Origin: Pseudomonas flexibilis
GTDB lineage: Bacteria; Pseudomonadota; Gammaproteobacteria; Pseudomonadales; Pseudomonadaceae
Length of the DNA stretch: 64,000 nt
Assembly (NCBI RefSeq): GCF_000802425.1
Contig: NZ_JRUD01000009.1
Location: 36,788-100,787, forward strand
Direction of reading: 5' to 3'
Positions 1 through 10,213 of the stretch are shown piece after piece. The translations under genes were made by a program, and so were the position numbers. Each line of letters begins with the position of its first letter. Within the stretch, counting starts at the first letter, position 1. The notes beneath the pieces were generated by a model. That model searched no databases, had not been told where the DNA came from, and worked only from the letters and a program-made list of their open reading frames with translations.

Positions 1-108
1 AGTTTCCCCACCCTACGGGGCTCTCGCTCTGGTCCGCCGTGCCGGCGGGTTGGTGGCCAACGTGACGTTGACCACCCTACGACCCGCCATCCGCCACGAA
101 GTTGAGCC

Positions 109-948
109 TCAGCGCTTGGCGGCCCGGGCACGCAGCACCAGCGCCACGCCGCCCAGCACCGCTACGGAGACCAGCGCCAGGCGCGGCGTGAAAGGTTCGG
201 CCAGCAACAGGCTGCCGCCCAACGCGGCGAGGATCGGCACGCTGAGCTGCACGGTGCCGGCCTGCACGGCGGTCAGCCCGCGCAGCGCGCTGTACCAGAT
301 GGCATAGCAGACACCCGAGGCCAGGGCGCCGGACAGCACCGCGTAAAACAGTCCCATGGCATCCCAGCGCGCATCGGCCAGCAGCACGATGCTCAAGACC
401 AGCGCCAGCGGCGTGGCGCGCAGGAAGTTGCCAGCGGTGGCCGCCAGCGGATCGCTGGTACCCTGCCCGCGCAGCGAATACAGCGCCCAGGCCAGACCAG
501 AACCCAGCATCAGCAGCGCGGCGAGCGGATCGGGGGCACTGGCGCCCGGCAACAACAGCACCAACAGACCACCGATCACCAGCACCAGCCCCGCCGCCTG
601 CCAGCGGCCGAGACGCTCGCCGCGCCGCCAGGCGGCCGCCAGCATGCCGAGCTGCACGGCGCCGAACAGCAGCAGCGCGCCGCTGGCGGTATCCAGTTGC
701 ACATAGGCGAAGGAGAAGGCGGCGGCATAGACGAACAACGCCAGGGCCGAAGGCCAGCTGCCCTCGGGGCGCCGCCGCCCAACGCTGACCAGCAGCCAGA
801 GCATCATCGCGCCGGAGAGCAAGCGCACACTGGTGAAGGTGGCGGCATCCAGCGCGCCGCTCTTCAGCGCCACCCGACAGAGCAGGGAGTTGCCGGCGAA
901 GCCGAGCATGGCCAGCAGGGTGAGCAGCAGGATACGGGGCGCGGGCAT
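109..948 (-). CDS. EamA/DMT-superfamily permease (10-TM drug/metabolite transporter family)
   Basis: Hydrophobic 279-aa product with duplicated EamA-like halves. ATG at 948 is preceded by GGGAGACTCCT (RBS). The ORF-track start at 1053 adds a non-protein-like N-terminal extension. An overlapping antisense ORF was rejected. Confidence 0.75.
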   Translation of the reverse strand: MPAPRILLLTLLAMLGFAGNSLLCRVALKSGALDAATFTSVRLLSGAMMLWLLVSVGRRRPEGSWPSALALFVYAAAFSFAYVQLDTASGALLLFGAVQLGMLAAAWRRGERLGRWQAAGLVLVIGGLLVLLLPGASAPDPLAALLMLGSGLAWALYSLRGQGTSDPLAATAGNFLRATPLALVLSIVLLADARWDAMGLFYAVLSGALASGVCYAIWYSALRGLTAVQAGTVQLSVPILAALGGSLLLAEPFTPRLALVSVAVLGGVALVLRARAAKR

Positions 949-1062
949 GGGAGACTCCTTTCGTCGGACAGCCATGGTACCGCTGTGGAAGCGAATGCAT
1001 TCGCGAGCTTTTCGGAAAACCCCCGCCCAGCTCGCGGACCCGCCCGCTCCCACAGAAAAGCC

Positions 1063-4000
1063 TCAGCCCGCCCTCGCGCCCTCATCCTTGCGCACCCGGA
1101 ACCAGGCCGCATACAGCGCCGGCAGGAACAGCAGGGTCAGCACGGTGGCGACGATCAGCCCGCCCATGATGGCCACGGCCATCGGCCCGAAGAACACGCT
1201 GCGCGACAGAGGGATCATCGCCAGCACCGCCGCCAGGGCGGTCAGCACGATGGGCCGGAAGCGGCGCACGGTGGCCTCGATGATCGCATTCCAGCGCTCA
1301 TGCCCTGCGGCGATGTCCTGCTCGATCTGGTCGATGAGGATCACCGAGTTGCGCATGATCATCCCGGACAGGGCGATGGTCCCAAGCATGGCGACGAAGC
1401 CAAACGGTTGCTGGAACACCAGCAGGAACAGGGTGACGCCGATCAATCCCAGCGGCGCGGTGAGGAATACCATCAGCGAGCGCGAGAAGCTGCGCAGTTG
1501 CAGCATCAGCAGGCTCAGCACCACCACCACGAACAGCGGCAGGCCGGCGTTCACCGATTTCTGGCCGCGCGCGGAATCCTCCACGGTGCCGCCGACTTCC
1601 AGCAGGTAGCCGTCGGGCAGGCTGGCGCGCACCTCGTCCAGCGCCGGACGGATCTGGCCGATCAGCGTGGCCGGCTGCTCCTCGCCGTAGATGTCGGCGC
1701 GCACGGTCACCGTGGGCAGGCGATTGCGGTGCCAGATCACCCCTTCCTCGAAGCCGTACTCCAGGGTCGCCACCTGGGACAGTGGCACACTCTGGCCGCT
1801 GTCGGTGGGCACCGCCAGGCTGGGCAGCAGGCTCAGGCTGCGGCGGTCTTCCTCGCCACCGCGCACCAGGATCTCGATCAGCTCGTTGCCCTCGCGGTAC
1901 TGGCTGACCCGCGTGCCCGACAGCGAGGCCTGCAGGAAGCGCGACAGCTCGGCGGTGTTCACGCCCAGCGCGCGGGCGCGCTCCTGGTCAAGGTCAAGGT
2001 GGATGACCTTGCTCGGCTCCTCCCAGTCCAGGTGCACGTTGGCCACGTGGGGGTTGGCGCGCACCCGGGCGGCGACTTCGCGGGCCAGGCGGCGCACCTC
2101 GTCGATGTGCTCGCCGCTGACGCGGTACTGGATCGGGTAGCCCACCGGCGGGCCGTTCTCCAGGCGCGACACGCGGCTGCGCAGGCTCGGGAACTGCTGG
2201 GCCAGGGTCTGGATCAGCCAGGCACGCACCGACTCGCGTGACTCAATGCTGTCGGTCAGCACCACGAACTGGGCGAAGCTGGTGGCCGGTAGCTGTTGAT
2301 CCAGCGGCAGGTAGAAGCGCGGCGAACCGCTGCCTACGTAGGCGGTGTAGTTGTCGATGCCCGGCTGCTCGGCGAGCAGTGTCTCCAGCCGCGCCACCTC
2401 GTCCTCGGTGGCGCGCAACGAGGCGCCCTCGGCCAGCTTGATGTCAACCATCAGTTCCAGGCGCGCCGACGGCGGGAAGAACTGCTGGGGCACCAGACGG
2501 AACAGCATCACCGAGGCAACGAAGGCCAGCAGGGTGAGCAGCATGACCGTCTTGCGGCGACGCACGCACCAGCCGACCACCCGGCGCACCCGCGAATAGA
2601 ACGGCGTGGCATAGGGGTCATGGGCCTGGTTGCCATGCTTGGCGGCATGCAGCCTGGCCAGGTCCGGCAGCAGGCGATGGCCCAGCCAGGGCACGAACAT
2701 CACGGCGGCGATCCAGGACACCAGCAGGGCGATGGCCACCACCTCGAAGATCGAGCGCGTGTACTCGCCGGTGCTCGACTGCGCGGTGGCGATCGGCAGG
2801 AAACCGGCGGCGGTGATCAGCGTGCCGGTGAGCATCGGGAAGGCCGTGCTGGTCCAGGCGTAGCTGGCCGCCTTGAGCCGGTCGTAGCCCTGCTCCATCT
2901 TGATGGCCATCATCTCCACCGCGATGATCGCGTCGTCCACCAGCAGGCCCAGCGCCAGCACCAGGGCGCCCAGGGAGATCTTGTGCAGGCCGATGCCCAG
3001 GTAGTACATGCAGGCGAAGGTCATCGCCAGCACCAGCGGGATGGACAGCGCCACCACCAGGCCGGTGCGCAGGCCCAGCGAGAAGAAACTCACCAGCAGC
3101 ACGATGATCACCGCCTCGGCCAGCACCCGGACGAACTCGCCGACCCCGGTGCGCACGGCGGCCGGCTGGTCGGACACCTTCCTCAGCTGCATGCCGGCCG
3201 GAAGGTTGGCCTGCAGCCGCGCGAACTCGCCTTCCAGCGCCTCGCCGAGCAGCAGGATGTTGCCGCCATCGCGCATGGACACAGCCAGGCCGATGGCGTC
3301 CTCGCCCATGAAACGCATGCGCGGCGCCGGCGGATCGCTGAAACCGCGATGCACCTCGGCCACGTCGCCGAGATGGAAGGTGCGGTCGCCGACACGGATC
3401 GGGAAGTCGCGGATCTGATCGACGCGTTCGAAGCGGCCACTGACGCGCAGCTGGATGCGGTCGCTGGCGGTCTCGAAGAACCCGGCGGCGGCCACCGCGT
3501 TCTGCGCCTCCAGCGCCTGCTGCACGGCCGTCAGCGGCAGGCCGAGGGTGGCCAGCTTGGTGTTGGACAGCTCGATCCAGATCTTCTCGTCCTGCAGGCC
3601 GATCAGCTCGACCTTGCCGACGTCCTTGACCCGCTGCAGCTGCAGCTGGATGCGGTCGGCATAGTCCTTGAGCACCGCATAGTCGAAGCCGTCGCCGGTC
3701 AGCGCGTAGATGTTGCCGAAGGTGGTGCCGAACTCGTCGTTGAAGAACGGCCCGATGACGCCCTGGGGCAGGGTGTGGCGGATGTCGCCGATCTTCTTGC
3801 GCACCTGGTACCAGAGATCGGGGATTTCGCTGGAGCGCAGGGAGTCGCGGGCGATGAACGTCACCTGCGACTCGCCCGGCCGCGAGAAGGAGACGATGCG
3901 CTCGTAGGCGCCGGTCTCCATCAGCTTCTTCTCGATGCGTTCGGTGACCTGACGCGAGACTTCCTCGGCGCTGGCGCCCGGCCACTGGGTCTGGATGACC

Positions 4001-4140
4001 ATGGCCTTGAAGGTGAACGGCGGGTCCTCGCTCTGACCGAGCTTGGTGTAGGACACGGCACCAACGATGCCGAGCAGGATCATCAGGTACAGGACGATCG
4101 AGCGGTTCTGCAACGCCCAGGCGGAGAGGTTGAAGTTCAT
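1063..4140 (-). CDS. mexK: RND multidrug efflux permease, HAE1 family (MexK-like, 1025 aa)
   Basis: The 1025-aa product has the typical AcrB/MexB 12-TM organisation and the conserved N-terminus MNFNLSAWALQNRS. GGAG lies 9 nt upstream of the ATG. It sits 6 nt downstream of the adaptor gene. Its size equals P. aeruginosa MexK (from memory). Confidence 0.9.
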   Translation of the reverse strand: MNFNLSAWALQNRSIVLYLMILLGIVGAVSYTKLGQSEDPPFTFKAMVIQTQWPGASAEEVSRQVTERIEKKLMETGAYERIVSFSRPGESQVTFIARDSLRSSEIPDLWYQVRKKIGDIRHTLPQGVIGPFFNDEFGTTFGNIYALTGDGFDYAVLKDYADRIQLQLQRVKDVGKVELIGLQDEKIWIELSNTKLATLGLPLTAVQQALEAQNAVAAAGFFETASDRIQLRVSGRFERVDQIRDFPIRVGDRTFHLGDVAEVHRGFSDPPAPRMRFMGEDAIGLAVSMRDGGNILLLGEALEGEFARLQANLPAGMQLRKVSDQPAAVRTGVGEFVRVLAEAVIIVLLVSFFSLGLRTGLVVALSIPLVLAMTFACMYYLGIGLHKISLGALVLALGLLVDDAIIAVEMMAIKMEQGYDRLKAASYAWTSTAFPMLTGTLITAAGFLPIATAQSSTGEYTRSIFEVVAIALLVSWIAAVMFVPWLGHRLLPDLARLHAAKHGNQAHDPYATPFYSRVRRVVGWCVRRRKTVMLLTLLAFVASVMLFRLVPQQFFPPSARLELMVDIKLAEGASLRATEDEVARLETLLAEQPGIDNYTAYVGSGSPRFYLPLDQQLPATSFAQFVVLTDSIESRESVRAWLIQTLAQQFPSLRSRVSRLENGPPVGYPIQYRVSGEHIDEVRRLAREVAARVRANPHVANVHLDWEEPSKVIHLDLDQERARALGVNTAELSRFLQASLSGTRVSQYREGNELIEILVRGGEEDRRSLSLLPSLAVPTDSGQSVPLSQVATLEYGFEEGVIWHRNRLPTVTVRADIYGEEQPATLIGQIRPALDEVRASLPDGYLLEVGGTVEDSARGQKSVNAGLPLFVVVVLSLLMLQLRSFSRSLMVFLTAPLGLIGVTLFLLVFQQPFGFVAMLGTIALSGMIMRNSVILIDQIEQDIAAGHERWNAIIEATVRRFRPIVLTALAAVLAMIPLSRSVFFGPMAVAIMGGLIVATVLTLLFLPALYAAWFRVRKDEGARAG

Positions 4141-4146
4141 GGCGAC

Positions 4147-5250
4147 CTACTCCGCGCGCGTCAGCTGGACCGGTCGGTTGTCGCGATTGACCGGGCGCAC
4201 CTTCTGGCCTTCACGCAGCACCTGCACGCCGGCAGCCACCACCCATTCGTCGGCACTGAGCCCTTCGAGCACCGGCACCTGGGATTCGCCGTAGGGCCCG
4301 ACGCGGACCAGTCGGCGCTGCAAGGTCTGTGTGGCCGGGTCGACCACCCACACGAAGGGCTCGCCACCTTCGGCGGACAGCGCCGAGAGCGGCACCGCCA
4401 GGGGCACGCTATCGGCATGGCTGATCAGCACGCGGGCGCTCTGCCCGAGCTCGGCCGGCACGCCGTTCTCCTGGAAAGCCACCCGCGCGGCGAAGGTGCG
4501 CGACTGGGGATCGGCGGCCGGGGCCAGTTCGCGAATCTGGCCGGTGAATCGGCGACCCGGTTGCGACCAGAGCTCCACCGCGACCTCCTGGCCGATGCGG
4601 AAACGCTCCAGCGCCTGTTCCGGCAAGCTGATGGCCACCTCGCGTTCGCCATCGGCGGCCAGGGTGAACACCGTCTGCCCGGCGGCCACCACCTGTCCCA
4701 CTTCGATGCGGCGGCTGGCGATCACGCCATCCTGCGGGGCACGCAGCACGGCGTAGGTGGCCTGGTTGCGCGCCACGTCGTACTGAGCGCGGACCTGCTG
4801 GAACTGGGCTTCGGCGGAACGATAGGTGTTGTCCGCGCTGTCGAAGTGCGAACGGCTGACCAGCTGGCGCTCCAGCAGGGTCTGGTAGCGGTCGCGCTCG
4901 GCGCGCGCCAGGTTCAGGTTGGCCTCGGCGGCGGCCATCTGCGCGCGCACCGCTTCCAGTTGCAGGCGCACGTCCTGGGGATCGAGCTCGGCCAACGGCT
5001 GGTCCTTCTTCACGCGCTCGCCGACTTCCACCAGACGCTTGGCCACCTTGCCGCCGATGCGGAAGGCCAGCTCGGGCTCGAAGCGCGCGCGCACCTCGCC
5101 GGGAAAGGTTTCCAGCAGCGCGGCGGCCGGCTGCGGCTGTACCACCATGGCCGGACGCGGCGGTGTTTCGACCTCCTGGCCGTTGCCGCAGGCACCGAGC
5201 AGCGCTATCAGGGAAAAAGGCAGGGCGAGGGACAGGACATGACGGAGCAT
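4147..5250 (-). CDS. mexJ: RND efflux periplasmic adaptor (membrane fusion protein), lipoprotein (MexJ-like, 367 aa)
   Basis: Lipoprotein signal peptide with lipobox (LIALLGAC) followed by HlyD-like coiled-coil and beta-barrel regions. The internal ATG at 5250 gives 367 aa, whereas the ORF-track start at 5343 would overlap the divergent regulator gene. Confidence 0.85.
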   Translation of the reverse strand: MLRHVLSLALPFSLIALLGACGNGQEVETPPRPAMVVQPQPAAALLETFPGEVRARFEPELAFRIGGKVAKRLVEVGERVKKDQPLAELDPQDVRLQLEAVRAQMAAAEANLNLARAERDRYQTLLERQLVSRSHFDSADNTYRSAEAQFQQVRAQYDVARNQATYAVLRAPQDGVIASRRIEVGQVVAAGQTVFTLAADGEREVAISLPEQALERFRIGQEVAVELWSQPGRRFTGQIRELAPAADPQSRTFAARVAFQENGVPAELGQSARVLISHADSVPLAVPLSALSAEGGEPFVWVVDPATQTLQRRLVRVGPYGESQVPVLEGLSADEWVVAAGVQVLREGQKVRPVNRDNRPVQLTRAE

Positions 5251-5333
5251 GGTGGATCCTTTCACGCATGGCGTTGGATTTGTTGTGCCGCGCATAGTAG
5301 AAATACTGAACTTCCCAGTCCAGTAACTTCCGC
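5251..5333. promoter_or_regulatory. Divergent promoter/operator region between the efflux operon and its TetR regulator
   Basis: An 83-bp intergenic region lies between divergently transcribed mexJ-like and TetR genes. This is the classic arrangement for TetR autoregulation. No convincing palindrome was identified by eye. Confidence 0.4.
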
Positions 5334-5960
5334 ATGACCTCAACGACCCCCGGGCCAGGGCGCCCCAAAGACCCCGCCAAGCGCCAGGCTATTCTCGAGG
5401 CCGCCAAGGCGCAGTTCCTCAGTCACGGTTACGAAGGCAGCAGCATGGAGGCCATCGCCCGCGAAGCCGGAGTCTCCAAGCTCACCGTGTACAGCCACTT
5501 CAGCGACAAGGACACCCTGTTCCTCGAAGCGGTGAAGGCCAAGTGCGAAGAGCAGCTGCCGCAGCTGTTCAACCACCGGGACGCACAAGGCCCCATCGAC
5601 GATCAGCTGCTGAACATCGCACGTGCGTTCCTGGCGCTGATCAACAGCCCGGAATCCCTGGCCATGCACCGCCTGATGTTCGGCCTGGCACATGCCAATC
5701 CGCCCCTGGTGCAGCTGTTCTATGACGCCGGGCCTGGACGCATCCTAGGCGAGCTGGAGCGGTTCCTGCGCCAAGCCGACCATCGCGGCCAACTGCGCAT
5801 TGCCCAGCCGCGCGCCGCCGCCGAGCACTTCTGCGCCCTGCTCAAGGGCGGGCACAACTTCCGCTTGCTGATCGGCCTGGCCCAGGCGCAGTCTGCCGAG
5901 GAGGCCGAGCGGCATGTGCAGGAAGTGGTCGGACTGTTCGTGCGTGCCCATCGGCTCTAG
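5334..5960 (+). CDS. mexL: TetR-family transcriptional repressor (MexL-like)
   Basis: N-terminal TetR HTH (AKRQAILEAAKAQFLSHGYEGSSMEAIAREAGVSKLTVYSHF). The gene is divergent from the RND operon. Confidence 0.85.
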   Translation: MTSTTPGPGRPKDPAKRQAILEAAKAQFLSHGYEGSSMEAIAREAGVSKLTVYSHFSDKDTLFLEAVKAKCEEQLPQLFNHRDAQGPIDDQLLNIARAFLALINSPESLAMHRLMFGLAHANPPLVQLFYDAGPGRILGELERFLRQADHRGQLRIAQPRAAAEHFCALLKGGHNFRLLIGLAQAQSAEEAERHVQEVVGLFVRAHRL

Positions 5961-6059
5961 CCGGCAGGCGGTTTTATCACGCGTTCCATTGAGCTGGATC
6001 GATGTCGCGTCACCGGGGAGCGGCTAGCCTGCTCCAACTATCAGCACTGGAGTCTTCCC

Positions 6060-6800
6060 ATGGCACGTCTGGACAACAAGGTCGCCCTGATCACCGGCGC
6101 AGCGAGCGGCATCGGCCGCGCCACGGCTGAGCGTTTCGCCGTCGAGGGCGCGCGGGTGGTGATTGCCGATGTACAGGAAGAGCTGGGCCGGCAGGCCGCC
6201 GATGCGATCACCGCCAAGGGTGGCGTGGCGGTCTACAAGCACCTGGACGTCTCCAGCGAAGACGACTGGCAACGGGTGGTGGCCGAAACGGTGGCCGAAT
6301 TCGGCCGGCTGGATGTGCTGGTCAACAACGCCGGCATCGGCGATTCAGGGCTGATCGAGGACACCGACTTGGCCACCTACGAACGCGTCATCGCCATTAC
6401 CCAGACCTCGGTGTTCCTTGGCCACAAGGCCGCCTCCGCGGCGCTCAAGACCAGCGGCAACGGCGCCGTGATCAACGTCAGCTCCATGTTCGGCATTGTC
6501 GGCGGCTTCGGCTCCTCGCCGGCCTACCACGCCGCCAAGGGTGCGGTGCGTCTGCTCACCAAGAGCACCGCGCTGGCCTGGGCCAAGGAAGGCGTGCGGG
6601 TCAATTCGGTGCATCCGGGCTTCGTCGACACCCCGATCCTCGGCGAGACCGACCGGCAGATGCTCGCCGAGGCCACGCCCATGGGCCGCATCGCCGCGCC
6701 GGAGGAACTGACCGGGGTGATGGTGTTCCTGGCCTCGGACGAAGCCTCTTTCATCACCGGGGCCGAGTTCGTGGTGGACGGCGGGTACACGGCACGCTAA
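6060..6800 (+). CDS. SDR-family NAD(P)-dependent oxidoreductase (short-chain dehydrogenase)
   Basis: TGAASGIGRA Rossmann motif, a NNAG motif and a YHAAK catalytic tetrad. GGAG lies 10 nt upstream of the ATG at 6060. Confidence 0.9.
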   Translation: MARLDNKVALITGAASGIGRATAERFAVEGARVVIADVQEELGRQAADAITAKGGVAVYKHLDVSSEDDWQRVVAETVAEFGRLDVLVNNAGIGDSGLIEDTDLATYERVIAITQTSVFLGHKAASAALKTSGNGAVINVSSMFGIVGGFGSSPAYHAAKGAVRLLTKSTALAWAKEGVRVNSVHPGFVDTPILGETDRQMLAEATPMGRIAAPEELTGVMVFLASDEASFITGAEFVVDGGYTAR

Positions 6801-6853
6801 GCCCCGACCATTCTGTTGGGCGGCTGGCTCCCCACCTCGGTGGCCAGAATCGT

Positions 6854-6884
6854 AGGGTGGACAACGTTTTTCCTTGTCCACCCT
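6854..6884. terminator. Perfect 11-bp inverted repeat (AGGGTGGACAA/TTGTCCACCCT, T-rich 9-nt loop) between convergent genes
   Basis: Seen directly in the sequence. It lies between the convergent SDR and rsmJ genes. It is a possible bidirectional terminator or REP-like hairpin. Confidence 0.4.
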
Positions 6885-6941
6885 GCGCGCGCCCGGCGGC
6901 CAAATACAACGTAGACCGCACTACCCAAGGTCCGCCGCCCC

Positions 6942-7706
6942 CTACCCCAGCTTCTTCAGCGCATAGATGTCGTAGCGGCTGGACTTGCCTTCCAGGCTGT
7001 AGCCCGGCTTCGGCCCGTCGATGATCGGTGCCTTGCGCGGGCGCTTGACCACCACGCGATGGCTGGCCAGCGCCAGTGCGGCTTCCAGCAGCGCCGGCGC
7101 GTCCAGATCGTCGCCGACCAGCGGGCGGAACAGGCGCATCTCCTTCTTCACCAGCGCGCTCTTGTCGCGGTGGGGAAACATCGGATCCAGGTAGATGACC
7201 TGGGGCCGCTCGCCCGCCCACTGGCGCATCACCTCGATGGCGTTGCCGGTCAGCAGGCGCATGCGCGCGGTGATGCCGGCAACATCCGGCGCCCGCGCGG
7301 CGCGCGCCAGGCCGTCCTCCAGCAGCGCGGCGATCACCGGCTGACGCTCGATCAGTTGCACCTCGCAGCCCAGCGTGGCCAGCACGAAGGCGTCGCGCCC
7401 CAGTCCGGCGGTGGCGTCCAGGATGCGCGGGCGGATGCCGGCCTGCACGCCGACCGCCTTGGCGATCATCTGCCCGCTACCGCCGCCGTACAGCCGCCGG
7501 TGCGCCGCCGCGCCTTCGACGAAATCCACGCGCACCGGCCCCGGCGCGCCGGGGCCGAGTTCGGCCAGCTGCAGTCCCGCCTCGCCCAACTGCAGGGCGA
7601 ACAAGGCCTCCTGGTTCATCGGCAGGTTCAGCCGCGCCGCCCACTGGCGGGCCGCCTCGTCGAAGCGGGGTTCAAGAGCCTGGACACACAACAGGGATTC
7701 GGACAT
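6942..7706 (-). CDS. rsmJ: 16S rRNA (guanine1516-N2)-methyltransferase RsmJ
   Basis: Strong similarity to E. coli RsmJ/YhiQ through motifs AHRR..GGG..AKAVG...[14 protein letters not shown]...[18 protein letters not shown]. Confidence 0.9.
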   Translation of the reverse strand: MSESLLCVQALEPRFDEAARQWAARLNLPMNQEALFALQLGEAGLQLAELGPGAPGPVRVDFVEGAAAHRRLYGGGSGQMIAKAVGVQAGIRPRILDATAGLGRDAFVLATLGCEVQLIERQPVIAALLEDGLARAARAPDVAGITARMRLLTGNAIEVMRQWAGERPQVIYLDPMFPHRDKSALVKKEMRLFRPLVGDDLDAPALLEAALALASHRVVVKRPRKAPIIDGPKPGYSLEGKSSRYDIYALKKLG

Positions 7707-7757
7707 GGCATTGGCGAAGCAGGAAAAAGGCCGGGCATTGTGCCAGAGCTCGGGGGC

Positions 7758-8444
7758 TCAGCGGCACACGCCGAACCCGCCAACCTCCAGATGGAAATGA
7801 TCTTGGTGCGCGGTGTCGTACTCCGGTCCCAGCACCGCCTGGAAATGCTGGCAGGCCGCATCCCGCACCGCGCGCAGGAAGCGCGCCTCGGCCCCCTCGC
7901 TCCGCCAGTGCCCCGCCACACTGACGCTGCGGCCATCCGCCAGGCGGAAGGCCCCGACGTCAAGCGCATTGGCGCTGGCGTGCCGGCTCCACCGCTGGCT
8001 CCCGCCGATCCTGCGGCAGGCGAAGCTGCCAAAGTGCTCGACGCGCACCACCGACTGGCCAAGGATCTCCCAGGCCAGCGGCTGCAGGTCGTGGTGTTCG
8101 AACAGCGCATAGGACACCGCCAACGGACAGGTGGCCAGGAAGCTGGCGCTGAAAGCGGCATGGCCGGCGCGCACCCGCACGACGTTGCGCAGCGGGCAGT
8201 CGCTGTCCAGCCGGCTGTCCGGCTGACTGACGTAGTCCAGCTGCGAGCTGGCCAGCACCTGCGCGCACAGCGCCGGATCACGGCGCAACCGCCAGAGCCG
8301 CCAGCCGCTCAGCCAGTCGGGCGGCGCGCGCACCTCCAGCGGGGTGCGGGGATCCCAGCGCGGCGGCAGCTCCAGCCAGCCTCGCTGCACGCCCAGCGCC
8401 AGCCCCAGCACCGCTACCAACACCGCCAGCAGCAGCCAGCGCAC
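7758..8444 (-). CDS. Secreted extensin-like C-terminal domain family protein
   Basis: N-terminal signal peptide and a C-terminal region with the AHxDHFHLE signature typical of the Extensin-like_C / peptidase-M15-like fold. Confidence 0.55.
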   Translation of the reverse strand: MRWLLLAVLVAVLGLALGVQRGWLELPPRWDPRTPLEVRAPPDWLSGWRLWRLRRDPALCAQVLASSQLDYVSQPDSRLDSDCPLRNVVRVRAGHAAFSASFLATCPLAVSYALFEHHDLQPLAWEILGQSVVRVEHFGSFACRRIGGSQRWSRHASANALDVGAFRLADGRSVSVAGHWRSEGAEARFLRAVRDAACQHFQAVLGPEYDTAHQDHFHLEVGGFGVCR

Positions 8445-8446
8445 CC

Positions 8447-9274
8447 TCAGCTCCGGAACAGGTCGTTCAGACGCTCGAAGGACATGGCCTGGCGCACCGC
8501 CTGCACACTGCCACGGCGGGCCAGTTCACTGGCCGCCTGGTAGAAGGCGCCATAGGCTACCCGCGCCAGGCTGGAACCGAGGCTGACCCGCCGCACGCCC
8601 AGCTCGAACAGGCCTTCCAGCGACATCTGGATGCCGGGAATACCCACCAGCACGTTGACCGGCTTGGGCGCCACGGCACGCACCAGAGCCAGGATCTGGT
8701 CGCGCTGGGTCACGCCCGGTGCGTACAGCACGTCAGCGCCGGCCTCGGCGTAGGCTTTCAGGCGCCGCAGGGTGTCGTCCAGGTCGGCGCGACCATGCAT
8801 GAAGTTTTCCGTACGGGCGCAGAGCATGAAGGGAAAGCCCAGGCCGCGGGCCGCCTCGGCGGCGGCGCGCACGCGCTCGACCGACTGTTCCAGCGGCAGG
8901 ATCGGTGTCAGCGGATCACCGCTGGCATCCTCGATGGACGCGCCCACCAACCCGACCCGCGCGGCCTCCTCGATGGAGCGCCGGCAATCCTCGGGGGTCG
9001 GGCCGTAGCCGCTTTCCAGGTCGGCGGTTACCGGCAGGCCGCTGGCCTGGACGATGGCAGCGGCATTCGCCAGGGCCTGCTCGCGGCTGACCTCGCCCAC
9101 ACCGTCCCGATGCCCCAGGGAAAACGCCAACCCGGCACTGGTGGTAGCCAGCGCCTCGAAGCCCAGACCCGCCAGCAGGCGCGCCGAACCGGCATCCCAG
9201 GGATTGGGTAGCACCAGCAGGTGCGTGCCGAAGTGCAGGTCGCGAAACAGCTCTGCCCGTTGCGCTTGCGTCAT
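8447..9274 (-). CDS. Isocitrate lyase / PEP mutase superfamily protein (2-methylisocitrate lyase or carboxyvinyl-carboxyphosphonate phosphorylmutase-like)
   Basis: PEP-mutase family motifs (LPNPWDAGSA, TTSAG, ADLESGYG, ED). The start was chosen at the second ATG (MTQAQ), which has better GGAAAG spacing. The first ATG at 9280 is also possible. Confidence 0.8.
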   Translation of the reverse strand: MTQAQRAELFRDLHFGTHLLVLPNPWDAGSARLLAGLGFEALATTSAGLAFSLGHRDGVGEVSREQALANAAAIVQASGLPVTADLESGYGPTPEDCRRSIEEAARVGLVGASIEDASGDPLTPILPLEQSVERVRAAAEAARGLGFPFMLCARTENFMHGRADLDDTLRRLKAYAEAGADVLYAPGVTQRDQILALVRAVAPKPVNVLVGIPGIQMSLEGLFELGVRRVSLGSSLARVAYGAFYQAASELARRGSVQAVRQAMSFERLNDLFRS

Positions 9275-9304
9275 CGCCATGGCTTTCCCCCGGTCTAGTG
9301 AGCA

Positions 9305-10165
9305 CTAGAACAGACCCAGCTGCTCCTCCGCCGGTTCGTCGGCAATCGTCGGCAATTCCGGCAGGCCGGGCAGCCGCTGGCACAACCCGGCATGGAAACG
9401 CCGCGCCTGCTGCGGGGCCAGCAGGTTGTCCGGGGTATGCAGGAAGACATAGGGCTGGCGGCCCTCCTCGATCCAGCCCGCTACCTTGTCGAGCCAGGGC
9501 TCCAGATAGGGCTGGTTGGCATCCAGGTCCGGACCGCCAATGAAGCGGACCTGCGGATGGGTGGTGAACGCCGCCGGACGTACCGGCACGCGCGGTTTCT
9601 TGGCCTGGGCATGCAGTACGGCGGGATCGGACGAGGCGCAGGCGAACAGTGCCCGGGAATCAAGGCAGATGCGCTCCACGCCGCGTTCGTGCAGCAGCCT
9701 ATTGAGCTGGCGCTCCTCCTCCCCCTTGGCAAAGAAGGCGCGATGCCGCACCTCCACCGCCAGCGGACGCCCCTGCAGGGCGTCCAGCCAGTCGCCCAGC
9801 TCCGGCAAACGCTGCGGGCCGAAGGCGGCGGACAGTTGCAGCCATAACGGACTGAGCCGCTCGCCGAGCGGCTCCAACAGGTTCAGGAACTCGCGGGTGG
9901 CGCCCAGGCGCTCCCGCAGGTCGCCCTCGTGGCTGATGTCGCGCGGCAGCTTGGCACAGAAGCGGAAGCCCGCCGGCATGCGCTCGCTCCAGCGGCGTAC
10001 GGTGTCGGCGGATGGCCAGGCATAGAAGGTGGTGTTGCCTTCGACGGCGTTGAACACACGGCAGTAGTCGCCAAGAAACTCGGCCGGCCGCGTCGACGGC
10101 GCATACAGCGAGCCGCGCCAGCCCGCCTCGTTCCACGACGGGCAGCCTAGGTAGTAGGGCAGCAT
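9305..10165 (-). CDS. DUF72 (YecE-like) family protein
   Basis: Typical DUF72 sequence (YYLGCPSW...GNTTFYA...FLHTPD). Confidence 0.75.
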   Translation of the reverse strand: MLPYYLGCPSWNEAGWRGSLYAPSTRPAEFLGDYCRVFNAVEGNTTFYAWPSADTVRRWSERMPAGFRFCAKLPRDISHEGDLRERLGATREFLNLLEPLGERLSPLWLQLSAAFGPQRLPELGDWLDALQGRPLAVEVRHRAFFAKGEEERQLNRLLHERGVERICLDSRALFACASSDPAVLHAQAKKPRVPVRPAAFTTHPQVRFIGGPDLDANQPYLEPWLDKVAGWIEEGRQPYVFLHTPDNLLAPQQARRFHAGLCQRLPGLPELPTIADEPAEEQLGLF

Positions 10166-10213
10166 GGGGAGTCCCCGGACGGATTCGGGGCCGATTGTAG
10201 GCGACGCGGCGGG

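Noticed and set aside
5251-5333. Search for a TetR (MexL-like) operator palindrome in the divergent intergenic region
   Set aside because: No convincing inverted repeat was found by eye. It is reported only as a generic regulatory region.
697-5337. Long plus-strand ORFs (697..2241, 2296..5337 and others) covering the efflux region
   Set aside because: They are antisense to the well-supported mexK/mexJ-like genes. Their products are R/G/A/H-rich GC-frame junk with no recognisable motifs.
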